Assembly: GCA_964607485.1 (NCBI GenBank) | Contig: CAZSKP010000014.1 | Location: 1 to 36,074, forward strand | Length of the DNA stretch: 36,074 nucleotides | Direction: 5' to 3' | Source: an uncultured bacterium | Lineage (GTDB): Bacteria; Abyssobacteria; SURF-5 | Shown: positions 34,779 through 36,074 of the stretch, in pieces | Layout: the number at the start of each line of letters is the position of its first letter | Position numbering within the stretch: position 1 is the stretch's first letter | Made by a program: the position numbers and the translations under genes | Notes under the pieces: model-generated | The model's database searches: none | What the model was told of the DNA's origin: nothing | The model's input: only the letters and a program-made list of their open reading frames with translations

Positions 34779-34891
34779 TTACTATTCTCCTCTCGCATAA
34801 CGGCTAAGCTCGGCCGCCAGAAGCTGCGAGCAAAGTTGACTAGATGACATTATTTGCCTTCTCCCAACACATCAATAAAAATTATGAGCAC

Positions 34892-34919
34892 ATTATAACA
34901 GAATCAACAAACACCTCAA
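34892..34919 (-). promoter_or_regulatory. Sigma-70 promoter of esterase
   Basis: Minus strand TTGAGG-N16-TATAAT with extended -10 TG. Confidence 0.5.
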
Positions 34920-34950
34920 GGGCAGCCGCTGCCCTCGCTTCCGGCCTAAA

Positions 34951-34980
34951 CTTGCCCAACGGCAAGACTTTCTGTAAGAT
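34951..34980 (+). promoter_or_regulatory. Possible sigma-70 promoter of the histidine kinase with palindrome over the -35
   Basis: TTGCCC-N17-TAAGAT; CTTGCC-caac-GGCAAG at 34951-34966. Confidence 0.4.
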
Positions 34981-35051
34981 AGAATAGATTTACCCGACAA
35001 GCGGCGAAAGGATACGCTGAAAATCCGGCTCGGAGTCGATATCAACCGAAA

Positions 35052-36011
35052 ATGAGGCACAACCCAAAGGCGCGAGACTGGATTCGTCTGACGACGCTCG
35101 CGATTGTCATAGCGGCGATAACCGCCCAGCACTACCTCACCACCGTCAGCCACGAGAACCTGTCACTGCACAACATCCACTACCTCCTGTACTTCCTGCC
35201 GATACTGATGGCCGCGATATGGTACGGACTGCTCGGAGGCGTCGCGACCGCGATAGTGGTGAGCGTTCTCTATGCGCCGGTCGTGTTCGGCCCCGTCGGG
35301 CAGAACGTGTTCACCTCGGGCACCCAGCGGGTTCTGGAGCTGGTCATCTACAACGTGGTCGGTTGGGTGACCGGAATCCTGTCGGAACGCGAAAGACGCG
35401 AGCGCGAAGAGTACCGGCGAACAGCCGAAGAACTTCAGACGGCGTACCGCAAGCTCCGCGAGCAGACCGACCTCATCGTCGAGAAAGAGGAGCAGCTTCG
35501 CCGGGCCGAACGGTTGAGCACCCTGGGCGAGCTCGCGGCTGGAATCGCTCATGAGATACGCAATCCGCTCGCATCTATCAAGGGGACGGCGGAAATACTG
35601 CAAGACTCCGCCACCCCCCAGTCGAGGCGGAAAGAATTTTCGCAATTGATGCTCGACGAGGTGAACCGACTCAACAAAGTCGTGGCGAATTTCCTCGAGC
35701 TGGCACGATTCCGACGGCTGCACCGCGAGAATGCGAACATCAACGACCTCCTCTGGCGGATGCTCCGCATCATCGACCTCCAGCTTGGACGCAAGAACAT
35801 CGCGGTCCGCACCCATCTTATGCCGGAACTGCCCGAGCTCAGCCTCGACGTTTCCCAGGTAGAGCAGGCGGTCTTGAACGTGCTGCTGAACGCAGTCGGC
35901 GCCATGCCCGACGGCGGCGAGCTCGACCTGACGACGAAGCTCGAGACGCGCGACGGCGCAGAAGTGATAGTGGTCGAGATTGCCGATACCGGCGCGGGCA
36001 TTGCGCCCGAG
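35052..36011 (+). CDS. Sensor histidine kinase (NtrB/AtoS-like) with 4-TM DUF4118-like sensor, 3'-truncated
   Basis: Missing from the ORF track because it has no stop. Hand translation MRHNPKARDW...HYLTT...LHNIHYLLYFLPI...ERLSTLGELAAGIAHEIRNPL (H-box), LNVLLNA (N-box), DTGAGI (G1). Confidence 0.92.
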
Positions 36012-36074
36012 CTGTCACTTATACACAACTCCCAGCCCACCAGACACGACGTCATCTCGTATGCCCTCTTGTGC
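36012..36074 (+). other. Illumina Nextera adapter read-through (technical artefact)
   Basis: CTGTCACTTATACACAACTCCCAGCCCACCAGAC-ACGACGTC-ATCTCGTATGCCCTCTTGTGC aligns without gaps to CTGTCTCTTATACACATCTCCGAGCCCACGAGAC-[8-nt index]-ATCTCGTATGCCGTCTTCTGC with 6 substitutions. Confidence 0.96.

Noticed and set aside
36012-36030. Genuine Tn5/IS50 end
   Set aside because: Followed by Illumina read-2 primer, index and P7 sequence; no transposase present.
1-36074. CRISPR arrays, tRNA/rRNA genes, transposases, prophage or defence genes
   Set aside because: No regularly spaced repeats, cloverleaf or rRNA signatures, or such protein motifs were seen by eye.

Overview
GC-rich bacterial chromosomal fragment, probably a metagenomic contig end: the last 63 nt are an error-laden Illumina Nextera adapter, not genome. 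Left arm (minus strand): a GspE/PilB-type ATPase with MshEN and double-zinc-ribbon domains, a polyamine operon (deoxyhypusine-synthase-like, agmatinase, pyruvoyl arginine decarboxylase) followed by endonuclease III, and a solo pilC. Centre (plus strand): serA, lepA-lepB-hemW, then a ~15 kb, 12-gene glycosylation locus. That locus has a flippase, GT2/GT4 enzymes, two lipid-phosphate-sugar synthases, a YfhO-like GT-C, a methyltransferase, a radical SAM enzyme and a DUF2723/TMEM260-like GT-C with TPR, and it converges on an NDP-sugar pyrophosphorylase and a SPOR protein. Right arm: a kinase-like gene coupled to a membrane-anchored USP and a divergent Cys-rich YHS/TRASH mini-protein, each behind a sigma-54-like promoter; a UroD-family protein; an esterase with integron-cassette-like borders; and a truncated histidine kinase whose His-containing membrane domain is paralogous to that of the USP. 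The best candidates for undescribed biology are (i) the shared-sensor HK/USP/kinase/YHS sigma-54 module, (ii) the TMEM260-like protein-glycosylation locus and (iii) an unannotated 41-aa Cys-rich peptide behind a consensus sigma-54 promoter. All family calls come from motif recognition by eye; no database searches were run.
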